DNA from: Octopus vulgaris
Lineage: Eukaryota
DNA: 64,000 bases
Assembly (NCBI GenBank): GCA_951406725.2
Contig: OX597828.1
Coordinates: 22,196,001-22,260,000, forward strand
Direction: 5' to 3'
The notes beneath the pieces are model-generated. The model was given only the letters and a program-made list of their open reading frames with translations. It was not told where the DNA came from and did not search any database. Positions 1-13,285 of the stretch are shown piece after piece. A program made the position numbers and the translations under genes. The first letter of the stretch is position 1. The number at the start of each line of letters is the position of its first letter.

Positions 1-90
1 AATGCGTTTCGTATTGTTTTAGCCTTCAAATGACGCCACCCCGCTGGCACATACATACAGTTAGACACATACAGATACACAAACGGCCAG

Positions 91-125
<35 letters not shown>

Positions 126-127
126 GT

Positions 128-570
128 ATTTTTTATAAGCTTTAGGCTTATAGGAATCGCTTTGCAAATGATGGGAAATATAAGCCCTCGACAGAAAAAG
201 TAGGTTTTCTTGTACGCGTGGGACTCGAATCCACATCCTTGTGTTAACGCGACTAAGTGTGTTACCGATTACCCCAGCAAACCTGTCTGCTCCTTTCTAT
301 CAAATATGAGAATTATATTAGCTCGTAGGTGTTTTTATAAACAAACTTTATGTATTTTTAGTAAGAAGGGTTTTGTTTAGCGGTGTCAGCAGACTGGTTC
401 GCTGGTGTAATCGCTAACACACTTAACCGCATTAACAAAGGGATGTGGTTTCGATTCCCACGCGTACGAGAAAGCCTACTTTTTCTATCGAGGGCTCATA
501 TACCCCATTATTAGACTATTTTCCTTGGTCATTTGCACGGTGATCGCTATAAGTTTTAAGCTTATACAAA
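128..570. repeat. Imperfect inverted repeat (~165-bp arms) with a tRNA-like unit in each arm, divergently oriented
   Basis: The reverse complement of 128-290 matches 396-570 (gctggtgtaatcgctaacacactta...ggtttcgattcccacgcgtacgagaaagcctactttttct). Each arm has A-box-like and B-box-like (GGxTTCGAxTCCC) motifs followed by TTTTT. Confidence 0.75.
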
Positions 571-680
571 TATACAATTATTATTATTTACAGAATTGTA
601 AAACTCAACACTGCTTAACATAAACATTCTCACTGAAAGGATATACATATATATATATATATATATTTAGTGAGGGAAGA

Positions 681-758
681 TCCTGAAGAGAAAGCTGCAA
701 AATGGTCTCCTTATTCAATCCGAATTAGGGAATTTGCAGCCTTTGAAACATATGTAGA
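681..758 (+). ncRNA. Hammerhead ribozyme-like motif (type I, PLE-type), stem I truncated
   Basis: CTGAAGA at 683-689; stem II gaaagctgcaaa/tttgcagccttt; GAAAC-ATAT-GTA at 745-756. Lies between inverted ends atatttagtgagggaaga / tcttccctcactaaatat. Confidence 0.6.
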
Positions 759-972
759 AAATAATAAAAAGGAATTTTGTAAAATCTTCGTTCAGCTCCA
801 TTTCTTCCCTCACTAAATATATAAAACTTCAATTATCCGCACTAAGGCACGTTTGCGATACCCCATGGTCGTAACCTCAACCGTGATTTTTCTGTTGTGA
901 TTTTTGCTACCCAGGTATCGGTTATAATTTGAATAATCCGTAACAAGATAATTCTTTTATCCATTTCAATAA

Positions 973-1010
<38 letters not shown>

Positions 1011-1591
1011 GTCTGTGTGTGTGTGTGCGTGTAGAAGGTTGAAAAGTAACACACGAGTTAATATGTATATGATAAAGTAGAAATACTACCATCTACCAAG
1101 GCATCACATAAGTAAAAGAAAGAGAGAGAGAGAGAGAGACAAAAAAACGGAAAATCTACCTGTTTGAAGACTATCGAGATTTTAAAAAAAAACATTACAG
1201 TTAGTTTGTCCTCAATTTAATTGCTTTTCTTGCTTTAAAAGCCGAAAAGGCTGAAACCGGTACTAAAATGTTCTTCATGATGAAATTATTTTAGCATTTT
1301 CTACTTTGTCTAATTTTCCCGAAATATATGTATATGAACATGTGGAACCGTTTATCCGGGCATGTTTGTCTTCTCACTCCATTTTTCTCTCTCTATCTGT
1401 TTCTTTCGCCATTGCCTGAAATAGAAGTACGTAACGTCAAAAGTCACGTAACGCCAAAAGATTTTGCCCTTTTTCTGAGCGTTTAAACAAGTAGAACTTG
1501 CTTCCATAATTTCTCTCAGCGTTGTGATCATTCTATTCTTTCTTATAATTCTGATCTATTTATCTATCTGTCGGTCTATCTGTCTATCTAT

Positions 1592-1650
<59 letters not shown>

Positions 1651-1652
1651 CC

Positions 1653-1694
<42 letters not shown>

Positions 1695-1700
1695 CATACA

Positions 1701-1797
<97 letters not shown>

Positions 1798-2483
1798 TTA
1801 CGTATACAAGATTGACTTGGGTTTTACAAGCATAAATATGCTCTCTAATTCCCATATTGTCTTCACAAAACGTAACCGTCAATACATGTTATATAGAAAT
1901 TGCAACTCAACCTTACACACACGCACACTTAGAAGCATACACAAAGTACATGCCTACATTTAGACACAGACACATACACAAACGCACGAACACGACTCGC
2001 AAATATATACACACAAACACACGGAAGTACATATTAGCGAAAGATTAAATTGAATGTAAAAATTATGAAAATTGACAACATTTTGTGAAGGTCTGAATAA
2101 ACGTTTTTGAATGTATTGCATTGATCACGTGTGTGTGGTGTGTTCCTATGTCAATTTTGGTGCGAGTAATTCGATGAGCGTGTGTGTTTGTGTATGTGTG
2201 CATGTGTGTGTGTGTGTTTGTGCGATTGCTTTTGTGTGTTTTACTGGTTTGTGTGAGTTATAAAATGTCGCAGGAGTCCTTTCAAACTTTATTACTCAAT
2301 AAAGAATAGCTGTTTATACAGTATTAATCTCCACGTAACAGAAATTACAATACTGACACGGAATTCATGTGGTTTTATTGTTCTATATAGAAATAAATGT
2401 ATAGATTGAAATACAAACATGCAGACATAGTCGCATGCACATACACATACGCACACAAACACTCACACACATATGTAGATATG

Positions 2484-2523
<40 letters not shown>

Positions 2524-2525
2524 CA

Positions 2526-2562
<37 letters not shown>

Positions 2563-2845
2563 ATTCATATATATATATATATATTTACATTCTTATATAT
2601 ATATACATATATATATTCATATATATATATATATATATATTCATAAATATATGTATATGTATATATATATAAATTTACACATGCACATACACACATATTT
2701 ACACATGCACATACACACATACACACTTGCTTAAACATGTGCACTCATGTGTACCTGCGATTGGATACATATATTTATATAAAAATAAACATATATATAC
2801 ATGCTTACATACATATATATCTTTCTCTATATATACATAAATACT

Positions 2846-2959
<114 letters not shown>

Positions 2960-3122
2960 TACACAAGTATAAATGCATGTGCGCGTATGCGTGTATAATT
3001 CTAATGTTCACACGTACACAGGCAAATATTTTGCAAATTGAACTAAATTATACGTGATGCGCATATATATTTAAACACAAATACACACAAACACACACAT
3101 ACGCGCACACACATACACTCAC

Positions 3123-3156
<34 letters not shown>

Positions 3157-3342
3157 GCATATATATGAAGTTCAAACAGACACAGGAGCGCGCACAATTG
3201 CACACTATTATTTATATATGCACACCCTGCATAATTAGGTTCACCCTCCATAACATGTGCACATGTTTACCGTAGCTTTATACATAGACACATATAGATA
3301 CACACATACATACATACATACATACATACACACATACATACA

Positions 3343-3379
<37 letters not shown>

Positions 3380-3394
3380 CTATATATATGGATT

Positions 3395-3438
<44 letters not shown>

Positions 3439-4369
3439 TTTATACAATCTAAGAAACACAGGTTATTCAATGCGTATGCGTATGTACTTACACGCGTGTA
3501 TATATACGCAAGCTTATGTGCATGTGAGTGTTGATATGTCTGTGTTTATATATGAATTAACGGGTAGAAATATGCACAACATCAGTTGAACTTTTATACT
3601 ATGTGCATACGCTATTGCTCGTAATAATTTGACATGAACATATGTATACACAAATATGCATATATATATATATACGTATATGTGTGTGACTGTGTGCGTA
3701 TGTGTTAATACATAAATATATATTTGTGTATACATAAATATATACTCATATTACATAATATTGTAAGCTAATATACCTAATCTCGATTGTAAACTCCCAA
3801 GGTAAACTCCGCTTAATAATCATTTGAAATTTTATATGAACACCTATAGATGTCGAAATTATTTGAAACTATCTATCTCTAACATTGCAAATATCCTTAC
3901 GGTGCGTTCATATTGCTCTCCTCCTCCTCCTCCACTTTGATGTTTTCATTGTTGTTCGTTTTCTCCTCCCGTTTTTTTTCTCCTCCTTCCTTTCTCTTCA
4001 TCCTCCACCTCCTACTTTACTTCGTACATCTACTTTCATCCTCTTTTTTTCTCTCCTACTTTACTTACTCCCGTCCTACCCCCTCATTCTTCACTCTTCC
4101 CACTCTTTTTCTCCTTGGTCTCCTTTTCCTTCACCTTTTCTCCTCCTCCTCCTCCTCCTATCCTTCTTCTCCTCCTCCATCTAATAAGATAATTCTCAGT
4201 TACTCTTTCTGTTGGAGCAGACAAACGAATCCGCTTTCTAACACAATCTATGTAATACGGCATAATATCAGATACATTTTCAATGCTTTCCGTTAATTTT
4301 ATTAAACAATGCATCATGTTCTTCCAAACAATATTCATAAGTAATATCTTATAGTTTGTATTGTATATC

Positions 4370-4760
4370 ATTTTAATCGTTGTCTTAGTGAAATCGTGAC
4401 ACTCCGTCGGTTACGACGACGAGGTTTCCAGTTGATCCGATCAAGGAAACAGTCTGTTCGTGATATTAAAATACATGTGGCTGAGCACTCCACAGACACG
4501 TCTACCTTAACGTAGTTCTCGGAGAGGTTCACTGTGACACAGAGTGTGACAAGGCTGGCCCTTCGAAATATAGATGCAATAGAAACAAGAAGAAAGTGTG
4601 AGAGAAATTGTGGCGGAATAGTACAGCAGGGTTCGCCACCACCCTCTGCCGGAGCCTCGTCAAGCTTTAGGTGTTTCCGCTCAAAAAACACTCACAACAC
4701 CCGTCTGGTAATCGAAACCGTGATCCACGAGGCCGCTGCCCAAACCATTGGGCTATAGCG
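4370..4760 (-). mobile_element. tRNA-headed SINE (family C)
   Basis: The minus strand starts gcccaatggtttgggcagcggcctcgtggatcacggtttcgattacc and is homologous to the + strand copy at 50095-50390 (aaaacacctaaagct...ccctgctgtact). Confidence 0.65.
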
Positions 4761-4884
4761 CTTCCTTTAGTGATATATACATCATTTCCAGTGCTTAATC
4801 TTAAGTTTACATGTCGATAAAATTTTATGATTATTAAACGTAAGGGCAGGCAAGGTTGCGTGGTATGAGGTTTGCTTCACAACC

Positions 4885-5010
4885 ACATGGTTACGGGTTC
4901 AATCCCACTGCGTGGCACGTTGGGCAAGTATCTTCTGTTATGACCTCGGGACGATCAAATCCGCGTGAATGGATTGAATAGAAGGAACCTGAAAGAAGCC
5001 CGTTGTATAC
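4885..5010 (+). mobile_element. SINE family A, 5' fragment
   Basis: aaccacatggttacgggttcaatcccactgcgtggcacgttgggcaag matches the copy at 13286-13665. Confidence 0.7.
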
Positions 5011-5133
5011 ATACATATGTATATGAGAGGTATTGCTATCTAGAAGATCCAAAGAGTGGCATGTAATGCTAAGTAAGTGCTGTGGATAGACTGTAGTTAA
5101 ACTCTTGGTTCGATAATGATACGAGTGAGGAGT

Positions 5134-5184
<51 letters not shown>

Positions 5185-5191
<7 letters not shown>

Positions 5192-5582
5192 TAAATGAAA
5201 GAATGGAGTCGAACAAAGATGTTAACAAAATTCCTTTACTCTCGACATATGTTTCGAAGACAACATGTTTTCATTCCAAAGGAATAAAGGGTGCATTATG
5301 CAATCTTCTCATCAGTAAAAAAAGGGAGCCTCTCTCGACAACAAGACAAACAAAAACGTTGTCTTCGAAACATATGTCGAGAGTAAAGAAATTTTGTTAA
5401 CATCTTCGTTCGACTCCATTCTTTCATTTATTCATATACAACACACAAATTTCTGCACATGAACCCGGAGTTTCTACCCTTGACAGGTCGCTCCAACCGT
5501 GGTTCTGACGTGAATTTGCTACCCAGGTTTCGGTTAAACGAATTTTCCATGCTGACGATAAACATAGGATAATTCATTCACC

Positions 5583-5590
<8 letters not shown>
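5185..5590. mobile_element. PLE-derived fold-back element (~80-bp arms at 5185-5264 and 5358-5438) with a hammerhead motif
   Basis: Near-perfect inverted repeat flanked by (TA)n. The downstream tail (tttgctacccaggtttcggtta) is homologous to 902-925. Confidence 0.7.
5239..5320 (-). ncRNA. Hammerhead ribozyme-like motif
   Basis: Minus strand: CTGATGA-GAAGA...TCTTC-GAAAC-ATAT-GTC-gagag. Stem I is imperfect. Confidence 0.6.
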
Positions 5591-5666
<76 letters not shown>

Positions 5667-5669
5667 ATA

Positions 5670-6235
5670 GGGAGAATTCATAAAGAAAAAACAAAAGACT
5701 AAGACAGGTGGTGTAGACAACAAATATATGTATTAGTTTAACGCTTGGGGAGTGAAAGAGTCTTTAACGTTTCGAGCCTATGCTCTTCCACAGAAAGGAA
5801 CACAGAAAGAAACAAGGAGAGAAAATAAAGAATGTGTAGTGGCTAGCGATCTATCATGGCGAACGGGGCAGTTGCAGGCGGAGACAACGGAGCGGCCTGG
5901 GTTGTTAGGTTTGTGGATTTGGGGGATGAAGTAAATAGTGGAGGTGCGAGGGCTGCGGACAATGAGGTTGGAGGCGGTGAGGGGCAGACGGGAGGAGGAG
6001 ATGAGGTCGTGGATAGTGGAGGACACAGTCTATTGGTAGTTGGGCGTAGGGTCAGAGGGCAGAGGGCAATAGAAGAATGTGTTTTGATGTTGGTGGAGAG
6101 ATTCTGCCCGGGCCGAACAGTAACGTGAATCTTTGAGTAGCTGTTCGTGAAAATGTCCTTCGGGTTTGATAAAAAGCATATTATTCTACCCTTGGTATTC
6201 ATTTTTCCACCTTTTTTCGCTCTTAAGTTCTTATT
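5670..6235 (-). mobile_element. Penelope-like pseudo-LTR fragment
   Basis: Non-repetitive island between (TA)n tracts that contains a minimal hammerhead-like motif at 5762-5797. Confidence 0.5.
5762..5797 (-). ncRNA. Minimal hammerhead-like motif with A6->U core change
   Basis: Minus strand: cttt-CTGTGGA-A-GAGC-atag-GCTC-GAAACGTT-aaag. Stems I and II pair and stem III is the palindrome ACGT. Confidence 0.55.
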
Positions 6236-6265
6236 TGTGTGTGTATGTGTATGTATATACGTATG

Positions 6266-6329
<64 letters not shown>

Positions 6330-6629
6330 TATATACATATATATATATGAATATATATATATGCACATACACACACACATACACGTACATACATATATAT
6401 ATATATATGAATACACACACACATACATATATATATATGTATATATATAGAGAGAGAGACTGGCAAAGAGAAAGAGAGTGAGATTTAGAGAGATATATGG
6501 GCGTGTATTTGTGATGACTGGTGTTGGTGTGTTGGTGTGTTTACGTCCCCGTAACCTAGCAATTAGGCAAAAGAGAAACGACAGAAGAATTACCAGGCTT
6601 GGGTCTTGTCGATTTGGCCGCCAGCATCA

Positions 6630-7550
6630 ATTCTGTTTGAAATGATCTCATATGAAGTGTAATGATACACTTTTATTGGCTAATTAATGACGAGAAAGTA
6701 ATTTTCGCTAAAAATTAATAAATGAAAATATTATTAGTGAAGTTTGAAAATTTTGGTGATTTTAGCCAATCGTGAGCCACAGACACGTTCATGCCTGTTT
6801 CGATAGCCAGAAGCGGAACATGAGAACTGTTGCTATAGTAACAGTCTTTGAAAAGTCTTTGTCTGCGAGGAAATCTTCGAGGAAGCACGTGTTGACAAAT
6901 TCGACGTTGTGTTCTCTGTTATTACGGCAGCAAACTCCAGTAACTTCGCTTCTATTATGGAAAAAATGAAGACAGAAGAGGATGCTGTGTCGCACCTTCA
7001 GAACAGGGTGCTGTACCCCTTCCTACAAATGTTTATTTTTTTAAGCATTTTGAAATTGTAATTAAACATATTTAAATTGTGATGTGTTTACCGCATGTAA
7101 CATGTTGTTCATCGCATTTGCATTAAATGTATATTGAATGCTTACATGCTTGATTACTCGTTTCTTTTGTCATTGAGGCTTGAGGTGGTTGTGAGGTGTT
7201 TTAAAGATAACAGCTAAATGTGATTTCTTTTATAAATCTTTTAAATTAACATAAACATTTATTTATATGAAAGAAAATTACCGGAGGCATAACAAGTGTT
7301 GTTTACAAATAAGGACAAGACGTACTATTTTCAGGATATTGACAAGAAATTGTGCAGTCACGCATAAAATGACAGCTTCCAGATCTTGTTTCCTGACTGG
7401 GTGAAAATGATCAGAATTTAAACATCTATAACTTTTTTAAAACATTTTTCTGAAAAAAAAAAAAAGGAAATGACTCCAGCAATTCAGTTTGGACAAGTGT
7501 ATTATTGTGCCAAACTTTAAATTTTTCGGTAAACTTTAATTTTTTAAAAT
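6630..7550. mobile_element. Possible decayed non-autonomous DNA transposon with long imperfect terminal inverted repeats
   Basis: 6740-6775 is loosely inverted relative to 7395-7430. Region 7370-7490 resembles 63465-63575 (gcttcca.atc.tgttt.ctga.tgggtgaaaat). Confidence 0.35.
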
Positions 7551-8104
7551 GCTGGCATCCAAAGCGATAAGAACACCAACCTTTAAAAGATAAGTACTGG
7601 GGACGATTCTCTCGACTAAAATTCCGGAAGGGAGTGCCCCAGCGTGGCCGCAGTATTATGAGTGAAACAGGTAGGAGATTACCTTTGTACAAGAAGAAAA
7701 CATAAATGTATTTTCTTCAATCTGTTTGAAAATGTCACCATGTCATCAATCTCGTAATTTTATTACAGAATACGGTGGCAACGAATGCGTATCTAAGCCA
7801 CCTCTTAAAATGCTAAATATATCAGCCGACTATTTCAGAGATACAATCGTACGGTTTTATAAATGAGGATATGGTATAAGCGTTGTTGAATTGCATGTCT
7901 AATCTGATAAAAGGAAGTCCGGTTGGTGATGTCATGAATGGTTGTCTACACTAGTGTGCTCCTTGATCGATAATTTGGAATTTGCAAACATGCGGGAGAG
8001 AAATCGTAAAGTATTTCTATCTGAGCCTCTCTCCTTCCCTCTATTTCTCTCTTTCTTTCTCTCTCTCCTCTCTCTGCTCTTCTGTCTCCTCTCTCTTTGT
8101 ATAT

Positions 8105-8230
8105 TACTCTTTTACTCTTTTATTTGTTTCAGTCATTTGATTGCTCCCATGATGGAGCACCGCATTTGGTCGAACTAATCGACCCCAGAATTATTCCTTG
8201 TAAGCCTAGTACTTATTCTACTAAGCCTAG
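8105..8230 (-). mobile_element. SINE family A, 3' tail fragment
   Basis: ttttactcttttatttgtttcagtcatttga...ggagcaccgc is the reverse complement of the family A tail. Confidence 0.7.
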
Positions 8231-8319
<89 letters not shown>

Positions 8320-8346
8320 ATGTATACATACATACATATATATACA

Positions 8347-8508
8347 GGCGTAGGAGTGGATGTGTGGTAAGTAGCTTGCTTATGAACCACATGGTTCCGG
8401 GTTCAGTCTCACTGCGTGGCACCTTGGGAAAGTGTATTCTACTATAGTCTCGGACCGACCAAAGACTTGTGAGTGGATTTTGTAGACGGAAACTGAAAGA
8501 AGTCCGTC

Positions 8509-8510
<2 letters not shown>
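8347..8510 (+). mobile_element. SINE family A, 5' half
   Basis: ggcgtaggagtggatgtgtggtaagtagcttgc...gggttcagtctcactgcgtggcacc...gaaagaagtccgtcgta. Confidence 0.8.
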
Positions 8511-8560
<50 letters not shown>

Positions 8561-8580
8561 CTCGTGACAGCTCATTTTCT

Positions 8581-9028
8581 GCGGCCATGCTAAATTCTAA
8601 AAGAAGGAAGAATATTAAATGCACACTTTTTATTTCTATTCTATTTAGCTAGTTATATTTGAATTTCATTTATCTATTTATTTACTGCAACCTGAAGATT
8701 GATTCATTACAATCGAATTTGTTGATTTTAATCTCCAATCCCAGGAATAGAAAACGCATCCCAATTTCAGCAACACACATGAAAAAGAGCTTCAGAGTCA
8801 AAATCAGTGTACGGAAGGGTCAGCGTCGCATATGAAACATGGAGTGATTTTTTTCCTAGACAATGTTTAGTTTGCAATAGATATATAAATAAATGAAATT
8901 GAAAAATAATTATCTAAATTAAATAGGCATAAAAAGTGCGACCTCTATAACCTCGGATTCGATAATTTCCATTTTTCTCATTTTGAGCTTATAATATTCT
9001 TTCTACTTTTAGAATTTAGCAAGGCCGC
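8581..9028. mobile_element. Fold-back element in a (TA)n tract with a degenerate hammerhead motif (8687-8724)
   Basis: gcggccatgctaaattctaaaag... is inverted at ...cttttagaatttagcaaggccgc, and 8621-8680 is loosely inverted at 8880-8940. Internal motif: caac-CTGAAGA-tt-gatt..aatc-GAATTT-gttg. Confidence 0.55.
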
Positions 9029-9085
9029 AACTATCGAGCCGACGCTAGTTAAATATATATATATATATATATATATGTATGAAAA

Positions 9086-9304
9086 CGAGAGGGTGCTGAA
9101 AAGTTCCTGGCTTTAAGGTTAAGTCGAAAGACTTGGTTGGAGGCCCAAACTTCCAAGTTCATTTACAGGGCTTAGAAAAACTGAAGGACCGCTGCCATAA
9201 GTTTGTGAATTTGAGAGGGGAACATGTTCAATAAAATCATAAATAACTGATCCTCTTATATTTTCTTTTACCCAAAGCCAGGAGCTTCTCAGCACCTCTT
9301 CGTA
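9086..9304 (+). mobile_element. Mariner-derived MITE
   Basis: TIRs cgagagggtgctgaaaagttcctggcttt / aaagccaggagcttctcagcacctcttcg, with TA at the right end. The interior encodes a mariner C-terminus-like remnant (DRCHKFVNLRGEHVQ*). Confidence 0.75.
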
Positions 9305-9357
9305 CACATGTATGTATATATGTATGTGTATATATATATAAATAATATAAATATAAA

Positions 9358-9416
<59 letters not shown>

Positions 9417-9669
9417 TACACAGAGTATGAGAGAGAAAGGAAGAGAAGAAGAGAGAGAATGTGTGAAGGAGAAAGAAAATGAGTGAGAAAGAGAATATGT
9501 GTGTAAACATGATTTATATTTCGTATTAACATTATTGTAAAGATCAGTTCATCTTGATAGTGGTTTGCGTCGCTCTGCTATGCAACTTCGGCGATGAATA
9601 CTTTAAATACAACCAATATATTGATAGATATTAGCTATAGAGGCTTACAACCAATATTTTAACACATAT

Positions 9670-10800
9670 AGGTCAGTAGAAAAAGAGAATCATTATAGCT
9701 CTGAGTAAAAGCATTGGCGTTATTGAAATACGTCTTCCTACGTTCTGGCTTCAGATATTACTGAGGTCAACGTGGTATTTCGTTCTTCCGACATTGATAA
9801 AATAAAGTACCAGTCAAGTACTTGTCTCGTTTTAATCGGTCGATTCTCCATCGAAATGGTGGCATTATGCCTAAGCTACAAATCAATTCACGTCTGGCCA
9901 TTTCTACATATCTCTATTTAACGTAGATTATTAATAATTCAACGATAATTTTACCATCTGATATCCACCAGTTAACTCTTAAATGCGGATCTATGTGAGA
10001 AATTTGTTAATATTATAGCAAGCGACTCGTTGGTAGAACAAGCTACCATGCCGGACAAAGTATATAAAAGCATTTCTTCCGTCTTTTACCTTCTGAATGC
10101 AACTTCTGTCATAGTAGAGTTTGCCATTCATTCTTTCGATTTCAGGCTCGATGAAATAAGTGCCAGGTTAACAAAGGGGTCGATCTAATCGACTTAATCC
10201 TTCCTCAAAACTTCTTGGTTTTGTGCCAGATCTTGAAACCAGTATTAAGCAAAAACGATAGGTGGCTCGCTGGTAGAACTGTTAACACATCGGACAAAGT
10301 GTTTAGTATGAGTTCATCCGCCTCTACGTTCCGAACTCAAATTCCACTACGGTCGACTTTGACTTTCATCAATTAGAGATCGATAAATTAACTACTAGTT
10401 GAGCAATGTGATCGACTGAAGCGATTAGCACTCTCCCTTAAAATGTCAGGCATTGTGCCACTAATAGAAAGAATTATTATAGCAAAGATCCTTCATAACG
10501 TGCCATGGTGAATTACGCCTTTATCCCTACGTGGTCGATAAATAAAAATTCCTGCTGAGCACAAAGTTCGATCCAGTTTTCTGCGTAAATTAGAAACAAT
10601 CACCAGAGCAAGAATGCATGGAAAAAATAGCAGAATATTTAGGGGTGTTCTAAAAACATTGCGATTATGGTGTTCCATAATAATTAAAGTTCTGAATGAA
10701 AAACTACCGCAGTTGATTTCCATTTCAACCTTTCAGGGTCAATAAAAGAAATTAGAGTGATTGCGGATATTAACAAATATCCTCCTCTCAAAACTTGTGA
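9670..10800 (+). mobile_element. Cluster of about four degenerate tandem SINE family B copies
   Basis: Repeated degenerate versions of gttctgagttcaaattc...ggtcgactttg.ctttcatc...gataaaataagtacc at ~9740, ~10090, ~10330 and ~10700. Confidence 0.6.
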
Positions 10801-10807
10801 TCTATCA

Positions 10808-10891
<84 letters not shown>

Positions 10892-11018
10892 CTGTGTATG
10901 TGTGTGTGCATGAATGTAATGTATATATATATATATAAATATATAAAATATTTCTTGTATATTTCTTGGTATTTTTTACTGTACCCATCTCTCGTGTGTT
11001 TACACACACATACACACA

Positions 11019-11096
<78 letters not shown>

Positions 11097-11195
11097 AATT
11101 AAAATAATAAGGGTAGAAATTGATTTCAATCAAGTATCATCAATTTAAACCAATGGTCTAGCACAATCAAAAAATCCGAATATTTAAAAATGATA

Positions 11196-11400
11196 TTACA
11201 ATTAATAAGAGGAATGACCACTAAAGTGCATTCCTATACGCTAGAGACAGACGTCAAATCACCTTAGCACAAAGAGTGTGTTCTCAAGCGTTTGCTGGGT
11301 TGTTTCTTGAGAACACACTCTTAATGGTAAGGCGAATTGACATCTATCTCTAGCGTATAGGATTCCACTTTAGTGGTCATTTCTCTTTTTAATTGTAACA
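11196..11400. repeat. Imperfect inverted repeat (~95-bp arms)
   Basis: tacaattaataagaggaatgaccactaaagtg...agagtgtgttctcaag is mirrored by cttgagaacacactct...cactttagtggtcatttctctttttaattgta. Confidence 0.75.
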
Positions 11401-13102
11401 TATATATGTGTGTGTGTGTGTGTGATGTGTGTGTGTGTGTGGTGTGTGGGTGTGGGTATGTGTGAGCGCATACATCTCTATGTCGATATATAAATATATA
11501 TACACACATATGCCTACAAACACACATACACAAACATATAAGTATACATATGCGTTCATATCTATTTTCTCATACATTACACCATTGCGCTCCATCTCTC
11601 TCTCACTCTCTCTCCTTTTGCATAGTCACTCACTTTTCTCTCTTCACACGCACACACACTCTCTGTATACACACACACGCTCCCGCACGCATTATCATAT
11701 GCACACACATATAACAAACGTGCATGTGAATAGCGCTGTGGCCTCTCTTACGCATACATAACACGTAAATAGCTCGGAGCAAACCACAATTCTGCAGTTA
11801 TGATATGACATGTGTGATTTCTGTAATATTTGTATCATACTGATGTCACTCGCAAATTATTGAAATATATTCTTTAGCTTTTGAGACGTAAACAAGAGCA
11901 ATACACTCTCAACAAAAACGTACCAGGACCGAAAGACAACTTTTCACCTCTCCACATACGTAGAGCATATATGTCCATCTTTGTAAGTATGAGACTACAG
12001 GGTAAGAATTTGTTTTGTGTGTTTTAGTTATCTGGGATCAGCCTTCGAGTGAGATCGCTTCAAAGTCGGATATCTTAATGCTGGGAGTTTAACTCTCGCT
12101 ATTGTATCTAATGACATGCAGGATGATTACACATTTCTTTTTATACCCTAACTTAATAAATATCTTGATCACACATTTTATGTATAAAAATTCTGCCATG
12201 AGATTCGTATACATACATATACGTAGATGGATATGTGAAAGTTAATCTGACCCCCAACACACAAACGCCGGCGCACAGACATGTATCATACACATATGAA
12301 TGCGTGTGTGTTTGTGTGTGTGTTCACCCGTATGTATGTATATTCATGTATACATAAATAATATATATATGTGTGTGTGTGTCTCTATATGAGTATATAT
12401 ATTGTATACATGTATGTATCTGTAGATAAGCCTATATTTCTCTCTAATTATATAAATGCGTGTGTATATGTCTATATGCGTAAATCTCGATCTAATATAA
12501 ACAAAAATAAGTTGCTTCTCGCAGATTATAACCGTAATTAATATAATATATCTAGACATAATTATTATTAACTGACAGAGCAACTGCTACATTGCAAATG
12601 CATTTACCTAACGAGAAACAAGTCCCATAACTCGGGCGATCAAAATTTGATGTTCTGAAGTTGAAATATTCTTTGGAGTTTTGTTGGATGTTATTTTAGT
12701 TACTCTGTGAAACTTGGTTCCAAGATACTGGAAGACTTCAATCATGAGTAGATGTGTCCAAGACAGCCAGGGCAATGGGAAGTTTTTATAGGGAATATTG
12801 GAGATTTGTGAGCAGATGGTTTCTTTTGTCACAGAGACATTTGCGAGACGTGTTCAGGCAGGGTTTTTTATCCTTCATTTGTTAAATCAGGGGAGCTAAC
12901 TTTAGTGGTTTAATCGAACAAATGAACTTCAAGTGATTTTTTTTAGAGCCTAATACTTATTCTATCGGGTACTTTTGCCGAAACATTAACTTACTGGAAC
13001 GTAAAAAAGATCAGTTTGTCAAGCTTTTGTATTAGACAGGCACCATCACAAAGACACACGCGCGCGCAGAATTTACACATACATACACACATATCATACA
13101 TG

Positions 13103-13168
<66 letters not shown>

Positions 13169-13285
13169 TTTTTAATAATATATTATTATTATCAATATAA
13201 GGAAATTAATATCCAATTAACATCCAAACTCATCATAAAGATATACCCGTTTGAAAGAAATAATTGTATTAAAAATATACATATA

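Noticed and set aside
5843-6466. 207-aa minus-strand ORF as a real gene
   Set aside because: The first third is microsatellite and I recognise no motif in the rest. It is treated as part of a PLE fragment.
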